DNA of 64,000 bases from Planctomycetota bacterium (GTDB lineage: Bacteria > Planctomycetota > Planctomycetia > Planctomycetales > Planctomycetaceae), in NCBI GenBank assembly GCA_037146815.1, contig JBAWWJ010000014.1:1114-65113 (forward strand). The letters run 5' to 3'. How positions within the stretch are numbered: position 1 is the stretch's first letter; each line of letters opens with the position of its first letter. The notes under the pieces are model-generated. The model made no database searches and was not told where the DNA came from. It was given only the letters and a program-made list of their open reading frames with translations. Position numbers and translations under genes: made by a program. Below, piece after piece: positions 8,645-18,579 of the stretch.

Positions 8645-9937
8645 TTACGGCTTCTTGTAAACGACCCCGTCCTTCATCACGAAGTCCACCTCTTTCATCA
8701 GTCGAATGTTCTCAAGCGGATTCCCTTTAACCGCGACAATATCCGCCACCTTTTGGGCTTCCAGTGTCCCCAGTCGTTGTTCAATCTTGAGCAATCGAGC
8801 CGCTTCCAGCGTCGCGGACTGAATCGCCTTCATCGGAGACATCCCGCCGGCGACCATCAGTTCAAATTCGCGAGCGTTCTGACCGTGTGGGGAGACTCCC
8901 GAGTCGGTTCCAAACGCGATTTTGACACCCGCCTTGTGAGCCCGGATAAAAGTTTCCTTGATGGCGGGACCGATCGCGGCCGCTTTCGGGCGAACGATCT
9001 CCGGGAAATATCCGGGCTCTTTCGACTTTTCCGCAACCCATTCCCCCGCCATGTTGGTGGGGACCCAGTAAGTCCCTGTTTCTTTCATCAACTGGATCAC
9101 TTCGTCCGTCATAAACGTTCCATGCTCAATCGAATCGACACCCGCGACAACGGCACGACGAATTCCTTCGGTCCCGTGGGCGTGGACGGCAACGGTCATG
9201 TTGTAATCTCGCGCCGTCGTGACGACCGCTTTCAATTCCTCTTCGGTGAACTGCGGGTTCTGGCCGCTGGCAGCCATACTGAGGATGCCGCCCGTGGCAG
9301 TCAGTTTGATCAGATCGGCCCCATCCTTGTAGCGTTGTCGAACCGCTTTGCGAGCTTCGTCCGGTCCGTTGATGACTCCTTCCAGCGGTCCGGCATCACG
9401 TCGATAGTCACCTCGCAGAGCATTCGTCGGATCCGCATGTCCGCCGGTCGTCGCCAGCGATTTTCCTGATGTGAAAATTCGAGGTCCCGGGACCCAGCCC
9501 TGTTCGATCGCTTTTCGCAATGCGACAGAATTCACGCCGTTGTCGCCAAGATCGCGAACCGTTGTAAATCCGGCCAGCAGCGTTGCCCGGGCATAAACGG
9601 TGGACCTCAGAGCATAGTCCGCCTGCTCCATGAAAAATCGTTCGGTGTACGAATCCTTCGAATGCTGGGACTGCAGATGTGTATGCATATCCATCAGACC
9701 CGGCATCACCGTGTGCTCGGTCAACTTGAGCAGCGTGTCGCCTGGTTTGGGTTCAACGTAGCCGCGGGTGATGCTGGTGATCTTCCCCTCATCGACGACG
9801 ATGGTCACCTGCAATAAAGGTTCCTCGCTGCGTCCATCGATCATCCGGCCAGCGTGGATGACCGTCGAACATCTTCCGGCGGACGACCATGAAAGAACCA
9901 ACGCCAGTGCCAGCCAAACAAATCGTGTCTGTTGCAT
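8645..9937 (-). CDS. Exported metal-dependent amidohydrolase (Xaa-Pro dipeptidase/imidazolonepropionase-like)
   Basis: [46 protein letters not shown]. Signal peptide from ATG 9937. Confidence 0.9.
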   Translation of the reverse strand: MQQTRFVWLALALVLSWSSAGRCSTVIHAGRMIDGRSEEPLLQVTIVVDEGKITSITRGYVEPKPGDTLLKLTEHTVMPGLMDMHTHLQSQHSKDSYTERFFMEQADYALRSTVYARATLLAGFTTVRDLGDNGVNSVALRKAIEQGWVPGPRIFTSGKSLATTGGHADPTNALRGDYRRDAGPLEGVINGPDEARKAVRQRYKDGADLIKLTATGGILSMAASGQNPQFTEEELKAVVTTARDYNMTVAVHAHGTEGIRRAVVAGVDSIEHGTFMTDEVIQLMKETGTYWVPTNMAGEWVAEKSKEPGYFPEIVRPKAAAIGPAIKETFIRAHKAGVKIAFGTDSGVSPHGQNAREFELMVAGGMSPMKAIQSATLEAARLLKIEQRLGTLEAQKVADIVAVKGNPLENIRLMKEVDFVMKDGVVYKKP

Positions 9938-10024
9938 CGTTCGCTCTTTCAATGAGGCCGTAATGCGTTCGCGTCCAGCGTCGGACAATTAATCCGGCGG
10001 GCAGATTGGTCGGTTACCAGCAGC

Positions 10025-11092
10025 CTATTTTTTATCGGGCTTGGGATTGTTGAGCGCATTGATTCGTGCAAACGCATCTTCTGCGGTCGTATCACCCGGT
10101 TGAGGAACGTAGGGCTTGGCGATAGGGTTCATTTCCGCGGGTTCTTCGGGTGGTTTCGTCTTGCCGAATCGCCGGAACGGATCACCCATCAGAAACACGA
10201 TGGTTGCGAACAGCAGAATCGCCGAAATTCCACCGATAATGAGATTCTGATTCGCTTTCGAAGCAGGCTTAGGCGGCTGAATCGCACCGCGAGCAACAGG
10301 CTCGGGAAGGCTCTGTGCGAAGGACAATTCCGCGGGCCCCGGAGGAGGGGCGGGAGCCATGAAACCGGGTACAGGTCCATCCATCGTATGGACGGCGGGA
10401 AGAACGACACCGGCGAAGGGTTCCGCCGGAAGGTAATGACCCGTCGGCACAGGGGCCATCAATTGAGCAGGAAATTGTCCAACTGCCGGCGGAGCAACCT
10501 GATCTGGTACGACAGGTGACATAATCGCCTGGCCGGGCATGGTCGGCGGCGGAAATTCCTGGGGCATCCCAGTTGCTATTGGCGGGGGTGCATAAACGAC
10601 CGCGGGAGATGGAGTTGTCGGAGCAGGCGTCACTTGCGTCGGCATAGCCGGAGCCACAGGCGCTGCCGCGACGCTGGTAACGTCAATCGGGAGCGGATTG
10701 ACAGGTGCAATCGCGACCGTCACGACCGGAACAGCCGAGGTTGCCAGGACCTCTTCGGGTGCGGCGCCGAATTTCCAGGTTGTTGCCGGGGGCGGGCTTG
10801 AGGCTACTACGCTCGGAGATTGAGGCACCTGGACCGGTTGCGGTGCTTCGACGACAGCAACTGGTGGTACTTCGATCGGTGGAACTGAAACCGCCGCTGT
10901 GGGAAGTACTTCAGGAACCGGGATCACGGGGATAGTGATCACGGGGACAGTGACTGCAGGATTCACCGGAAGCGGGGCGACAAATACCTGTTGGCACGTT
11001 GGACAGCAAATTGCCTGCCCCAGGAGCGACGCATCTGCGAGGTTCCCTTTTGCGTGACAATGAGGGCATTCAATGGGATACGATTCAGACAT
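10025..11092 (-). CDS. Zn-ribbon + Pro-rich linker + single C-terminal TM protein
   Basis: From ATG 11092: ECPHC..CPTC, ~270 aa rich in Pro/Ala/Val, TM LIIGGISAILLFATIVFLM. Confidence 0.75.
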   Translation of the reverse strand: MSESYPIECPHCHAKGNLADASLLGQAICCPTCQQVFVAPLPVNPAVTVPVITIPVIPVPEVLPTAAVSVPPIEVPPVAVVEAPQPVQVPQSPSVVASSPPPATTWKFGAAPEEVLATSAVPVVTVAIAPVNPLPIDVTSVAAAPVAPAMPTQVTPAPTTPSPAVVYAPPPIATGMPQEFPPPTMPGQAIMSPVVPDQVAPPAVGQFPAQLMAPVPTGHYLPAEPFAGVVLPAVHTMDGPVPGFMAPAPPPGPAELSFAQSLPEPVARGAIQPPKPASKANQNLIIGGISAILLFATIVFLMGDPFRRFGKTKPPEEPAEMNPIAKPYVPQPGDTTAEDAFARINALNNPKPDKK

Positions 11093-11282
11093 AACCTCGA
11101 ACCTCGGGCAGCATGGTAGGGGCGCTAGCGGTCTGGAGCGGAAGACGCGGACGTCACGCAGGGGCGTCAACGGGACTGCTTTATGCTATCCACCTCGGGT
11201 ATCAGTTACTAGCGCGCAAATCGTGCATTTTGCCCGTGACGACGGCCGTTGGCTGCCTTTCACCAAAACAGGAAACGCGTGC

Positions 11283-11593
11283 TCGGCGCGGGTCTCCCGA
11301 CCCCGCCGAAACAGCCGACCGAAGGTCTCCCCTTCATTCATTTCGTTGAAAGCCAAAACAATTTGGGCAGAACGATGGGGGGGGCAGAACGATAGAAGAG
11401 ATGGAAATCTTAATTCTTCATCGTTCTGCCCCATCGTTCTGCCCTATCGAATTTGAATTGGCAAGCGGCACGTGCGTTGTGACCGGATGAGACCATCAGC
11501 TTCAAACACGAAGTGGTGATGCGTCGATTACGACTCGCGGAAAGAGGAGACCTTCGGTCGGGCGTTTCGGCGGGGTCAGGAGACCCGCGCCGA
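11283..11593. repeat. Nested composite REPIN: outer ~48-bp inverted arms (11283-11330 / 11546-11593) enclosing a GGGCAGAACGAT palindromic element (11365-11444)
   Basis: tcggcgcgggtctcccgaccccgccgaaacagccgaccgaaggtctcc and its near reverse complement; inner GGGCAGAACGATG8CAGAACGAT...ATCGTTCTGCCCCATCGTTCTGCCC. Confidence 0.85.
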
Positions 11594-11828
11594 ACGCGTC
11601 GTCTGTTCGATTTTAACGGCGAGATTCGTCAAAAATTGAGAACCAATCGCAATTCCAGCCATCTGCGGCCTGGAAATTCCCCGCAACGATTTCCGTTTCT
11701 TCTCCAGTCAGCCCAGCCTGAAGGCTGACAGCACGCCGTGCGTCGGACTATAATTTTCGGAATGCCGTCGTCCGGGAATTCGGACCCGCGGCCTACATGA
11801 ACAGCATTGCTTCACCACTGAAGGCCGT

Positions 11829-12881
11829 ATGGATACACCTGTCACAGACCAGTCTTACGTCGTTCGCTACGGAGTGTCGCGGATCGTCGGGGAATTCTCG
11901 GCTCGGGGGCTGGGACCTCTGGCGCGCGGAACCACCGTCATCATTCGTAGCGATCGAGGCCACGAATGGGGAACCGTTCTCTCCACGGCAACAGAACAGT
12001 CACGCACATATCTGGGGACTGCCGAAGAACATGGACGCATCATTCGGCTGACGAATGCTCAGGATGAAATCGAACACGATCAAAGCATTGCTTTTGAAAA
12101 GGAAGCGTTTGTCGGCGGGCAGAACGCCATTCGCGAACGCAATCTGCAAATGCAGTTGATCGACATCGAACGCGTGTTTGGTGGCGAACGGCTGATTTTT
12201 TATTATCTCGCCGAAGATCGAGTCGACTTCCGCGAACTGGTCAAAGCACTCGCCAAGCAGTTCCAGACACGCATTGAGATGCGGCAGATTGGTATTCGCG
12301 ACGAAGCGAAGCTGCTGGCTGACTATGGTGATTGCGGCCAGCCCGTTTGCTGCAACACATTCCTGCGGGAAATGCCTCCGGTTTCGATGAAGATGGCGAA
12401 GCTGCAGAAGGCGACGCTGGATCCCTCGAAAATCTCAGGACGTTGCGGCCGACTGAAATGTTGCCTGCGATACGAATACGATACCTATGAGGAACATCGC
12501 CGCGATCTTCCTCCGATTGGGGCGACTGTCGTCACGAAGGTGGGGACAGGACGGATCATTGGCCAGGAACTGTTGGCTCGCAAACTGATGATCGCGTACG
12601 AAGGCCAGCGGATGGTGATGACGGACGAAAAGGATATTGTGACGGTTGTCAGCAACAAACCTGGCAAATCGCCGCCGCTGATGGCGGCAGATCGAGATGA
12701 TGCCGCAGATTCCTCTGACTCGCCCCGTCGGGAACACCGACCACAGGGCGAGCCCCGAAACGAGGACCGGCCGCGTGGCGATTCCAATCGCCGAGGCGGA
12801 CGTGGTCCACGCTCGAGCCCTCCGCGCTCCGAGGGCTCTGGCGATTCTCGAGATATGCCGAATCCTGATCGACCGGTGTAA
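11829..12881 (+). CDS. PSP1-domain protein (RicT/YaaT family) with Arg/Asp/Gly-rich tail
   Basis: FYYLAEDRVDFRELVKAL, RIEMRQIGIRDEAK, CGQPVCC, SMKMAKLQ, KISGRCGRLKCCLRYE. Confidence 0.9.
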   Translation: MDTPVTDQSYVVRYGVSRIVGEFSARGLGPLARGTTVIIRSDRGHEWGTVLSTATEQSRTYLGTAEEHGRIIRLTNAQDEIEHDQSIAFEKEAFVGGQNAIRERNLQMQLIDIERVFGGERLIFYYLAEDRVDFRELVKALAKQFQTRIEMRQIGIRDEAKLLADYGDCGQPVCCNTFLREMPPVSMKMAKLQKATLDPSKISGRCGRLKCCLRYEYDTYEEHRRDLPPIGATVVTKVGTGRIIGQELLARKLMIAYEGQRMVMTDEKDIVTVVSNKPGKSPPLMAADRDDAADSSDSPRREHRPQGEPRNEDRPRGDSNRRGGRGPRSSPPRSEGSGDSRDMPNPDRPV

Positions 12882-12988
12882 TTTCTATTTCTGCCAGGAC
12901 GGAATCGGATCACTAATTCCGCCTGGCAACGGTGCCAACCATTCCTGCCGAGTTCAAGTTCGCGCGACGATTCGAAAGTACTGACGCA

Positions 12989-15322
12989 ATGAATACGCTC
13001 TACTGCCGGATGCTTTGCCTGTGTGCGACTGCAATTGCCCTTCCGACCACACTTTGTGCCGATGATACCCCATTGTCGCAGCACTACGGGTTTCGTCCGA
13101 TTGAAGTCTTCAAGCTTTCAGAACGGTCCAGCAATATGCTGACCGGCGACCTGAATCACGATGGCCTGGCAGACCTGGTACTCGTTGACAACAGCAAGAG
13201 CCGCCTCGACCTGCTGATCCAGCGGAAAGAAGCAACGAAGGTCGTCGACAAATCGATCGGGCGTAGCGACGTCAATTCGGTCGAAGACCATTGGCGGTTC
13301 GAACATCGCAAACTCCCTGTGGATCGCGAAGTCTCGGCGCTGGCGCTGGGTGACTTCAATGGTGACGGTCGGACGGATATCGCGTACTTTGGAAATCCCG
13401 ACCAGCTCGTCATTCGCTTTCAGCCAGAAAAAGGGGAATGGACAGAAAAGACTCAGCAACGTGTCCCCGATGTCGCACCAACTCCATGGTTCCTGACGGC
13501 CGGGGATCTCGACAGCAACGGTCTGGATGATCTGGTCATTCTCGGCAAGCATGAGACAATCGTCTTCTATCAGCAGGTGAAGGGAACGCTGGCCCTTCCC
13601 AAAAAGCTGATGAACACCTCTGACAAACTCGGCCTCGCCCAGATCGCCGATCTGGATGGTGATGGAAAAAATGATCTTTGCTATCTGGCGGGGGAAGGCC
13701 TGACCCGTGCATTGGGAGCCCGGCTTCAATTGGCGGATGGGCAACTCGGGCCCGAGTACGTCTTCGATCTGGAACGTCCTCGCTCAGTCACGTTGCGTGA
13801 TATCGATGGGAAACCCGGTCAGGAAATTCTGACGATTGATTCGCGGACCGGACGCATCAAGATGCTGCGAGTCGAACGCAGCAAACCTGATGCGAATGAT
13901 CTTCCAGAGCGGCTGATTCAATTTGGATTCGGCAAGCAGGGGTCAGGACGTGAACGTGATCTGTCGATCGGTGATCTGGATGGCGACGGATTGAACGACG
14001 TCGTCGTTACGGATCCAGATGCTTCGCGCGTTCTCGTGTTCCGCCAGCGAGCGGGCAGTGGCCTCGATCTGGGGACTCCATTTCCCGGCCTCAACGGTGC
14101 TGACCAGATTCGTGCCGCTGACTTGGACGGTGACGGCAAAGCAGAAATTGTCGTTCACAGCGGTCCCGAGAAAACGTTGGGGCTCAGTCGATTTGCAGAC
14201 GGAAAACTCGTCTTTCCTGAATCGTTGCCCGTCGAAGGAGACACTAACGGGCTGGAATTGACGGATCTGGATGGAGATGGCCGTCCTGAGATCGTCTTCA
14301 TCGCCAAAGCTAAAAAAGATCGGTCCTCAGAATACTCGCTGCAGGCTCTGAAGAAGACCGGAAAGGACTGGCAACCTTTTCAGTTCGGTGGCAAAGCTTC
14401 CGTGGTCCTCGATTTGAAGGGGACACCCGATCTTTTGATGAAGCTGGATATCACGGGGGACAAACGGCCTGAATTCCTGATCTTTCAGGGAACGTCAAAA
14501 CCTCCACAGCTTTTCGGTTTGAATGCCGAGGGGGTACCGGTCGAAATCGTCACAACGGGCAACCTGGGGCTTGGGGCGGTTTCTCCTGGTGCCGTAAACT
14601 TTGCGAAACTCGGCGACAAGTCTGGATTGCTGGTGGCACAAGAGAATTTCGCGCGGCATATGCTGCTTGGCCCCAACAATCGCTGGCAAGTTGACGAACA
14701 GTTCAATGCCGGTGAATCGAATTCCAAGATCGTTGGCGCAACACTGATTGAACTCGATGGAAACCCTGGAGCGGAAATCGCGCTGATCGATGCCGGCGTG
14801 AAGAAACTGCGAGTCCTCAAGAAAGGGGATTCGGGCTACGTTCAATGGAAAGAAATCGATATCGGGGATTTCTCATTCAAATCTCTGCGCGTCGCTGATC
14901 TCAATTGCGACAAACGAGACGATCTGCTGCTCTTCGGCAGCGACAAGCTGGCGGTCTTGTATGCGGGTGCGTCTGCTCCTGCCATCAAGGAATTGGCATC
15001 GTTCGAAAGTCAGCTCGACAAGGTCTATCCGACAGACATCATCGCCGGAGATCTGAATGGTGATGGCAAAGTCGATCTGGCAATCACGGATTCGCGATCA
15101 CATTTCGTGGAGATCCTCCAGTACCGTCCTGACTCAGGACTGAAACACGCCTTGTACTTCCGGATCTTTGAACAAAAGAGCTTCCGGAATGAAGATGAAG
15201 GTGGAGGAACGGACCCGCGTGAAGGATTGGCGGTCGACGTCACGGGAGACGGGTTGCAGGATCTGCTGCTATTGACGCACGATCGTCTGATCCTTTATCC
15301 ACAGGACGACGGCAAGAAGTAA
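12989..15322 (+). CDS. Exported FG-GAP/VCBS-repeat beta-propeller protein
   Basis: Signal peptide and many DxDGDG-type motifs (GDLNHDG, GDFNGDG, ADLDGDG, GDLNGDG, DVTGDG). Confidence 0.85.
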   Translation: MNTLYCRMLCLCATAIALPTTLCADDTPLSQHYGFRPIEVFKLSERSSNMLTGDLNHDGLADLVLVDNSKSRLDLLIQRKEATKVVDKSIGRSDVNSVEDHWRFEHRKLPVDREVSALALGDFNGDGRTDIAYFGNPDQLVIRFQPEKGEWTEKTQQRVPDVAPTPWFLTAGDLDSNGLDDLVILGKHETIVFYQQVKGTLALPKKLMNTSDKLGLAQIADLDGDGKNDLCYLAGEGLTRALGARLQLADGQLGPEYVFDLERPRSVTLRDIDGKPGQEILTIDSRTGRIKMLRVERSKPDANDLPERLIQFGFGKQGSGRERDLSIGDLDGDGLNDVVVTDPDASRVLVFRQRAGSGLDLGTPFPGLNGADQIRAADLDGDGKAEIVVHSGPEKTLGLSRFADGKLVFPESLPVEGDTNGLELTDLDGDGRPEIVFIAKAKKDRSSEYSLQALKKTGKDWQPFQFGGKASVVLDLKGTPDLLMKLDITGDKRPEFLIFQGTSKPPQLFGLNAEGVPVEIVTTGNLGLGAVSPGAVNFAKLGDKSGLLVAQENFARHMLLGPNNRWQVDEQFNAGESNSKIVGATLIELDGNPGAEIALIDAGVKKLRVLKKGDSGYVQWKEIDIGDFSFKSLRVADLNCDKRDDLLLFGSDKLAVLYAGASAPAIKELASFESQLDKVYPTDIIAGDLNGDGKVDLAITDSRSHFVEILQYRPDSGLKHALYFRIFEQKSFRNEDEGGGTDPREGLAVDVTGDGLQDLLLLTHDRLILYPQDDGKK

Positions 15323-15404
15323 CCATTTGAGAGTTACTGCCTGATCGCTATCATGCCTCGTGCCATGACTCATTGACCTGACATTCGTCTGGAGGAACCG
15401 TTCG

Positions 15405-16421
15405 ATGGACTTTTCGCGGCCCGATCTGACTGGGCCGAGGCCCGCGCCGTTCCAGGCTCCGCAAGGTGACCTGGCGATTCTTGCGGGAAACGCCAATCCT
15501 CTGCTGGCACAGAACATTGCCAACACTCTGGGGGTCGCCCTGACACCGGCACGGGCACATGTCTTCAGCGAAGGAAATGTCTTCGTCAGAATCAAGGAAA
15601 ACGTACGCGGCAAGGATGTGTTTGTCATCCAGGGGTGCCATTATCCGGTCAATGACAACTTCATGGAGTTGTTGTTCTGGATCGACGCCGCTCGACGAGC
15701 GAGTGCGCAGAATGTTACTGCCGTGATCCCGTTTTTCAGCTATGCTCAAGGGGACAAGAAGGACGAGCCACGCGTTTCGATCCGGGCCCGCGTCTGTGCC
15801 GATGCGATTGAGGCCGCCGGGGCCGATCGAGTACTGACGATGGATTTGCACAGCCCGCAGATCCAGGGATTCTTTCGGGTTCCCGTTGATCATCTTTACG
15901 GGCGAATTGTGCTGGTTGATCACTTCAAGAAACTGGGAGTCCCGGACGTCGTGGTCTGCAGTCCCGATGTCGGATTTGCCAAAGGTGCCGCAGCCTATGC
16001 AGGACTGCTGAACGCCCCGGTTGTGATCGGAAACAAACATCGGGCGGATCACACGGAAACCGTGCAGATTCTTGAAGTCATCGGCGACGTCCAGAATAAG
16101 AATATCTTTCTGGTGGACGATCTGACCATCACGGGAAACTCGCTGGTTGAGATGGCCCGCACGCTGAAATCACGTGGAGCTCGTGACATCTATGTCGCGG
16201 TGACGCATGGAGTTCTGTCGAAGGGTGCGGCTGCCCGGATCGCCAACAGCGACATCAAGAAGATGTTCATTACGGATACGATCGAGAACTCGTTCGATCC
16301 GCTCCCTCATAATGTGGAAGTTGTCTCAGTTGCACATCTGATGGCGGCGGCAATCCGTTCGATCCACGACCGGACAAGCATCAGTATGCTCTTTCCTGAT
16401 AAACCTTGTATGAGTGAATAG
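15405..16421 (+). CDS. prs: Ribose-phosphate pyrophosphokinase (divergent motifs)
   Basis: FSEGNVFVRIKENVRGKDVFVIQ, VNDNFMELL, TAVIPFFSYA, MDLHSPQIQGFF, VVCSPDVG, LVDD, THGVLS. Confidence 0.9.
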   Translation: MDFSRPDLTGPRPAPFQAPQGDLAILAGNANPLLAQNIANTLGVALTPARAHVFSEGNVFVRIKENVRGKDVFVIQGCHYPVNDNFMELLFWIDAARRASAQNVTAVIPFFSYAQGDKKDEPRVSIRARVCADAIEAAGADRVLTMDLHSPQIQGFFRVPVDHLYGRIVLVDHFKKLGVPDVVVCSPDVGFAKGAAAYAGLLNAPVVIGNKHRADHTETVQILEVIGDVQNKNIFLVDDLTITGNSLVEMARTLKSRGARDIYVAVTHGVLSKGAAARIANSDIKKMFITDTIENSFDPLPHNVEVVSVAHLMAAAIRSIHDRTSISMLFPDKPCMSE

Positions 16422-16587
16422 TCCCAGCCGGGCCAATGCGTTGTCAAAATGGGGTGCCACTGGAGACTTCGACAACCGCGCCTGACTTGCACCAGACTTA
16501 ATACTTACTGACAATCACGCGCCATTGGAGGTTCCGCAGGAGGAACTTTCCGATGCGACCTCGAAACCTTGAAAGCGAATAAGATTC

Positions 16588-17796
16588 ATGACCGATCCTC
16601 ATGAGATGACCCGGAAACTGCAAAAAGATAACGGCTCCAAGATCGTTCTCGTCGTTGGCGACGGACTGGGTGGGCTGCCACTCGAACCAGGCGGCAAGAC
16701 GGAACTTGAAACTGCCAACACTCCAAATTTGGATGCGCTGGCTCGCAAAGGGACGTTGGGACTGAGTACTCCCGTCCTGCCAGGGATTGCTCCCGGAAGT
16801 GGTCCGGGCCACCTGGGTCTGTTTGGTTACGACCCGGTCAAATACCAAATCGGCCGAGGTGTGCTGGAAGCACTTGGGATCGACTTTGAACTCGGTCCGA
16901 ACGACGTCGCGATCCGAGGGAACTTCTGTACGATCGATGCGGCAGGAAACATCACGGATCGCCGTGCGGGACGAATTCCCACCGAAGTCGGCTCCAAGCT
17001 GAGTGAAAAGCTGAATCTGATCAAGGTCCCGGGTGTGGAAGTCTTCGTCCGGGCGGGCGAAGGTTATCGAACCGTCATCATCTTCCGTGGCGAAGGTCTG
17101 GGCGGTGATGTTGCTGACACAGATCCACAAAAGACAGGCGTCCCTGCACTGGAACCCGTGGCACGTTCGGCTGGAAGTGCCAGGACCGCCGAAGTGGCGA
17201 AGGCGTTTCTGGCGCAAGCCAAAGAAGTGTTGAAGAATGATGCCCCGGCAAATTTCCTGACGCTTCGCGGAATCGACAAGATGCCTCACATTCCTCGGTT
17301 CAAGGAAGTTTATGGAATGCGAGCAGGGGCAATCGCGGTCTATCCGATGTATCGCGGTCTGGCCCGCCTGGTCGGGATGGATATCCTCGATGCCGGGCAC
17401 ACGCTGGAAGACCAGATGAATCGCCTGGAAGCCGCATGGAACGATTATGACTTCTTCTTCATCCACTGGAAGTACACAGACTCCTCGGGCGAAGACGGTA
17501 ATTTCCCACTGAAGGTGCAGCGTACCGAAGAACTCGATGCCGCAATGCCACGCGTGACGAAGCTGAATCCCGATGTCATCATCGTGACCGGTGATCACAG
17601 CACTCCGAGCAAAATGAAGTCGCACAGTTGGCACCCGGTTCCCGTCCTGTTGTCGGCGAACAATTGCCGATTTGATGGCTCAACGAAATTTGGCGAATCG
17701 CAGTGCCTGCGAGGTGGCTTGGGACAATTTGAAGCCAAGCACCTGATGTTGCTGGCGATGGCGCACGCAGGCCGTCTGGAGAAGTTCGGGGCATAG
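16588..17796 (+). CDS. apgM: 2,3-bisphosphoglycerate-independent phosphoglycerate mutase, ApgM type
   Basis: VGDGLGG, TELETANTPNLD, PGSGPGHLGLFGYDP, GRGVLEALG, VTGDHSTP, HSWHPVP. Confidence 0.9.
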   Translation: MTDPHEMTRKLQKDNGSKIVLVVGDGLGGLPLEPGGKTELETANTPNLDALARKGTLGLSTPVLPGIAPGSGPGHLGLFGYDPVKYQIGRGVLEALGIDFELGPNDVAIRGNFCTIDAAGNITDRRAGRIPTEVGSKLSEKLNLIKVPGVEVFVRAGEGYRTVIIFRGEGLGGDVADTDPQKTGVPALEPVARSAGSARTAEVAKAFLAQAKEVLKNDAPANFLTLRGIDKMPHIPRFKEVYGMRAGAIAVYPMYRGLARLVGMDILDAGHTLEDQMNRLEAAWNDYDFFFIHWKYTDSSGEDGNFPLKVQRTEELDAAMPRVTKLNPDVIIVTGDHSTPSKMKSHSWHPVPVLLSANNCRFDGSTKFGESQCLRGGLGQFEAKHLMLLAMAHAGRLEKFGA

Positions 17797-17914
17797 TTCG
17801 GGGTCGTCAGTACCAGACATCTGGAACCACGAATCACACTCGGTAAGAGTGTGATTCGTGAGTTTCATTGTTCCGCTTTGACGGCTCGATTGCTGCAAAG
17901 AGGTTGCGAAACAA

Positions 17915-18523
17915 ATGCGGATCGGCATCTTTGGTGGCACATTTGATCCGATACATCTTGGCCATCTGATTCTGGCTGAGCAATGTCGCGAGCGGTGCCA
18001 ACTGGATGAAGTCTGGTTTGTCCCCGCCTTGATTCCTCCGCACAAACAGACACATACGATTTCTCCGGCAGCGACGCGCTGTGCGATGATTGAGTTTGCG
18101 ATTTCCGGAAACTCCGCGTTCAAGCTGGATCGCCTGGAACTTGAGCGGACTGGCCCCTCGTATACGGTGACCACGCTGGAAAAGCTGCACGGCGACGATC
18201 CGAGTCGCGAACTGTTTCTGCTGCTTGGTGCCGACTCGATCCATGATTTGCCGACATGGCGTGAACCGAAGCGGATCCTGGAATTGGCGACGATCGTCGC
18301 GGTCAATCGAGGTCGAGAATCGTTCGACCAACAGACAGTTCAGCGGCATCTGACCGAGCAACTCGGCGAAATCAATCCGCGAATCTGCGTGGTTTCGATT
18401 CCTGGAATCGATATCTCGGCCACCGATATTCGTTCATGTGTCCGGGAAGGACGCAGCATTCGTTATCAGGTATCGCGATCGGTCGAAGCTTATATTCACG
18501 AACATTCTGTCTATCATCTGTGA
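17915..18523 (+). CDS. nadD: Nicotinate-nucleotide adenylyltransferase
   Basis: MRIGIFGGTFDPIHLGHL, PSYTVTTL, LLGADS, ISATDIR. Confidence 0.95.
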   Translation: MRIGIFGGTFDPIHLGHLILAEQCRERCQLDEVWFVPALIPPHKQTHTISPAATRCAMIEFAISGNSAFKLDRLELERTGPSYTVTTLEKLHGDDPSRELFLLLGADSIHDLPTWREPKRILELATIVAVNRGRESFDQQTVQRHLTEQLGEINPRICVVSIPGIDISATDIRSCVREGRSIRYQVSRSVEAYIHEHSVYHL

Positions 18524-18579
18524 CCGTATCTAATCCGTTCTGTTTCAGATCGTTTCACGTCCGGTCTCAGGAACATTGC

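Noticed and set aside
16498-17634. 378-aa antisense ORF (and similar long ones at 8621..9469, 15351..16052, 34759..35547, 56977..57849, 57936..58661)
   Set aside because: They lie opposite clearly recognisable genes (apgM, amidohydrolase, prs, rpsB, DUF1080, typA) and carry no motifs. Codon bias in GC-rich genomes produces such shadows.
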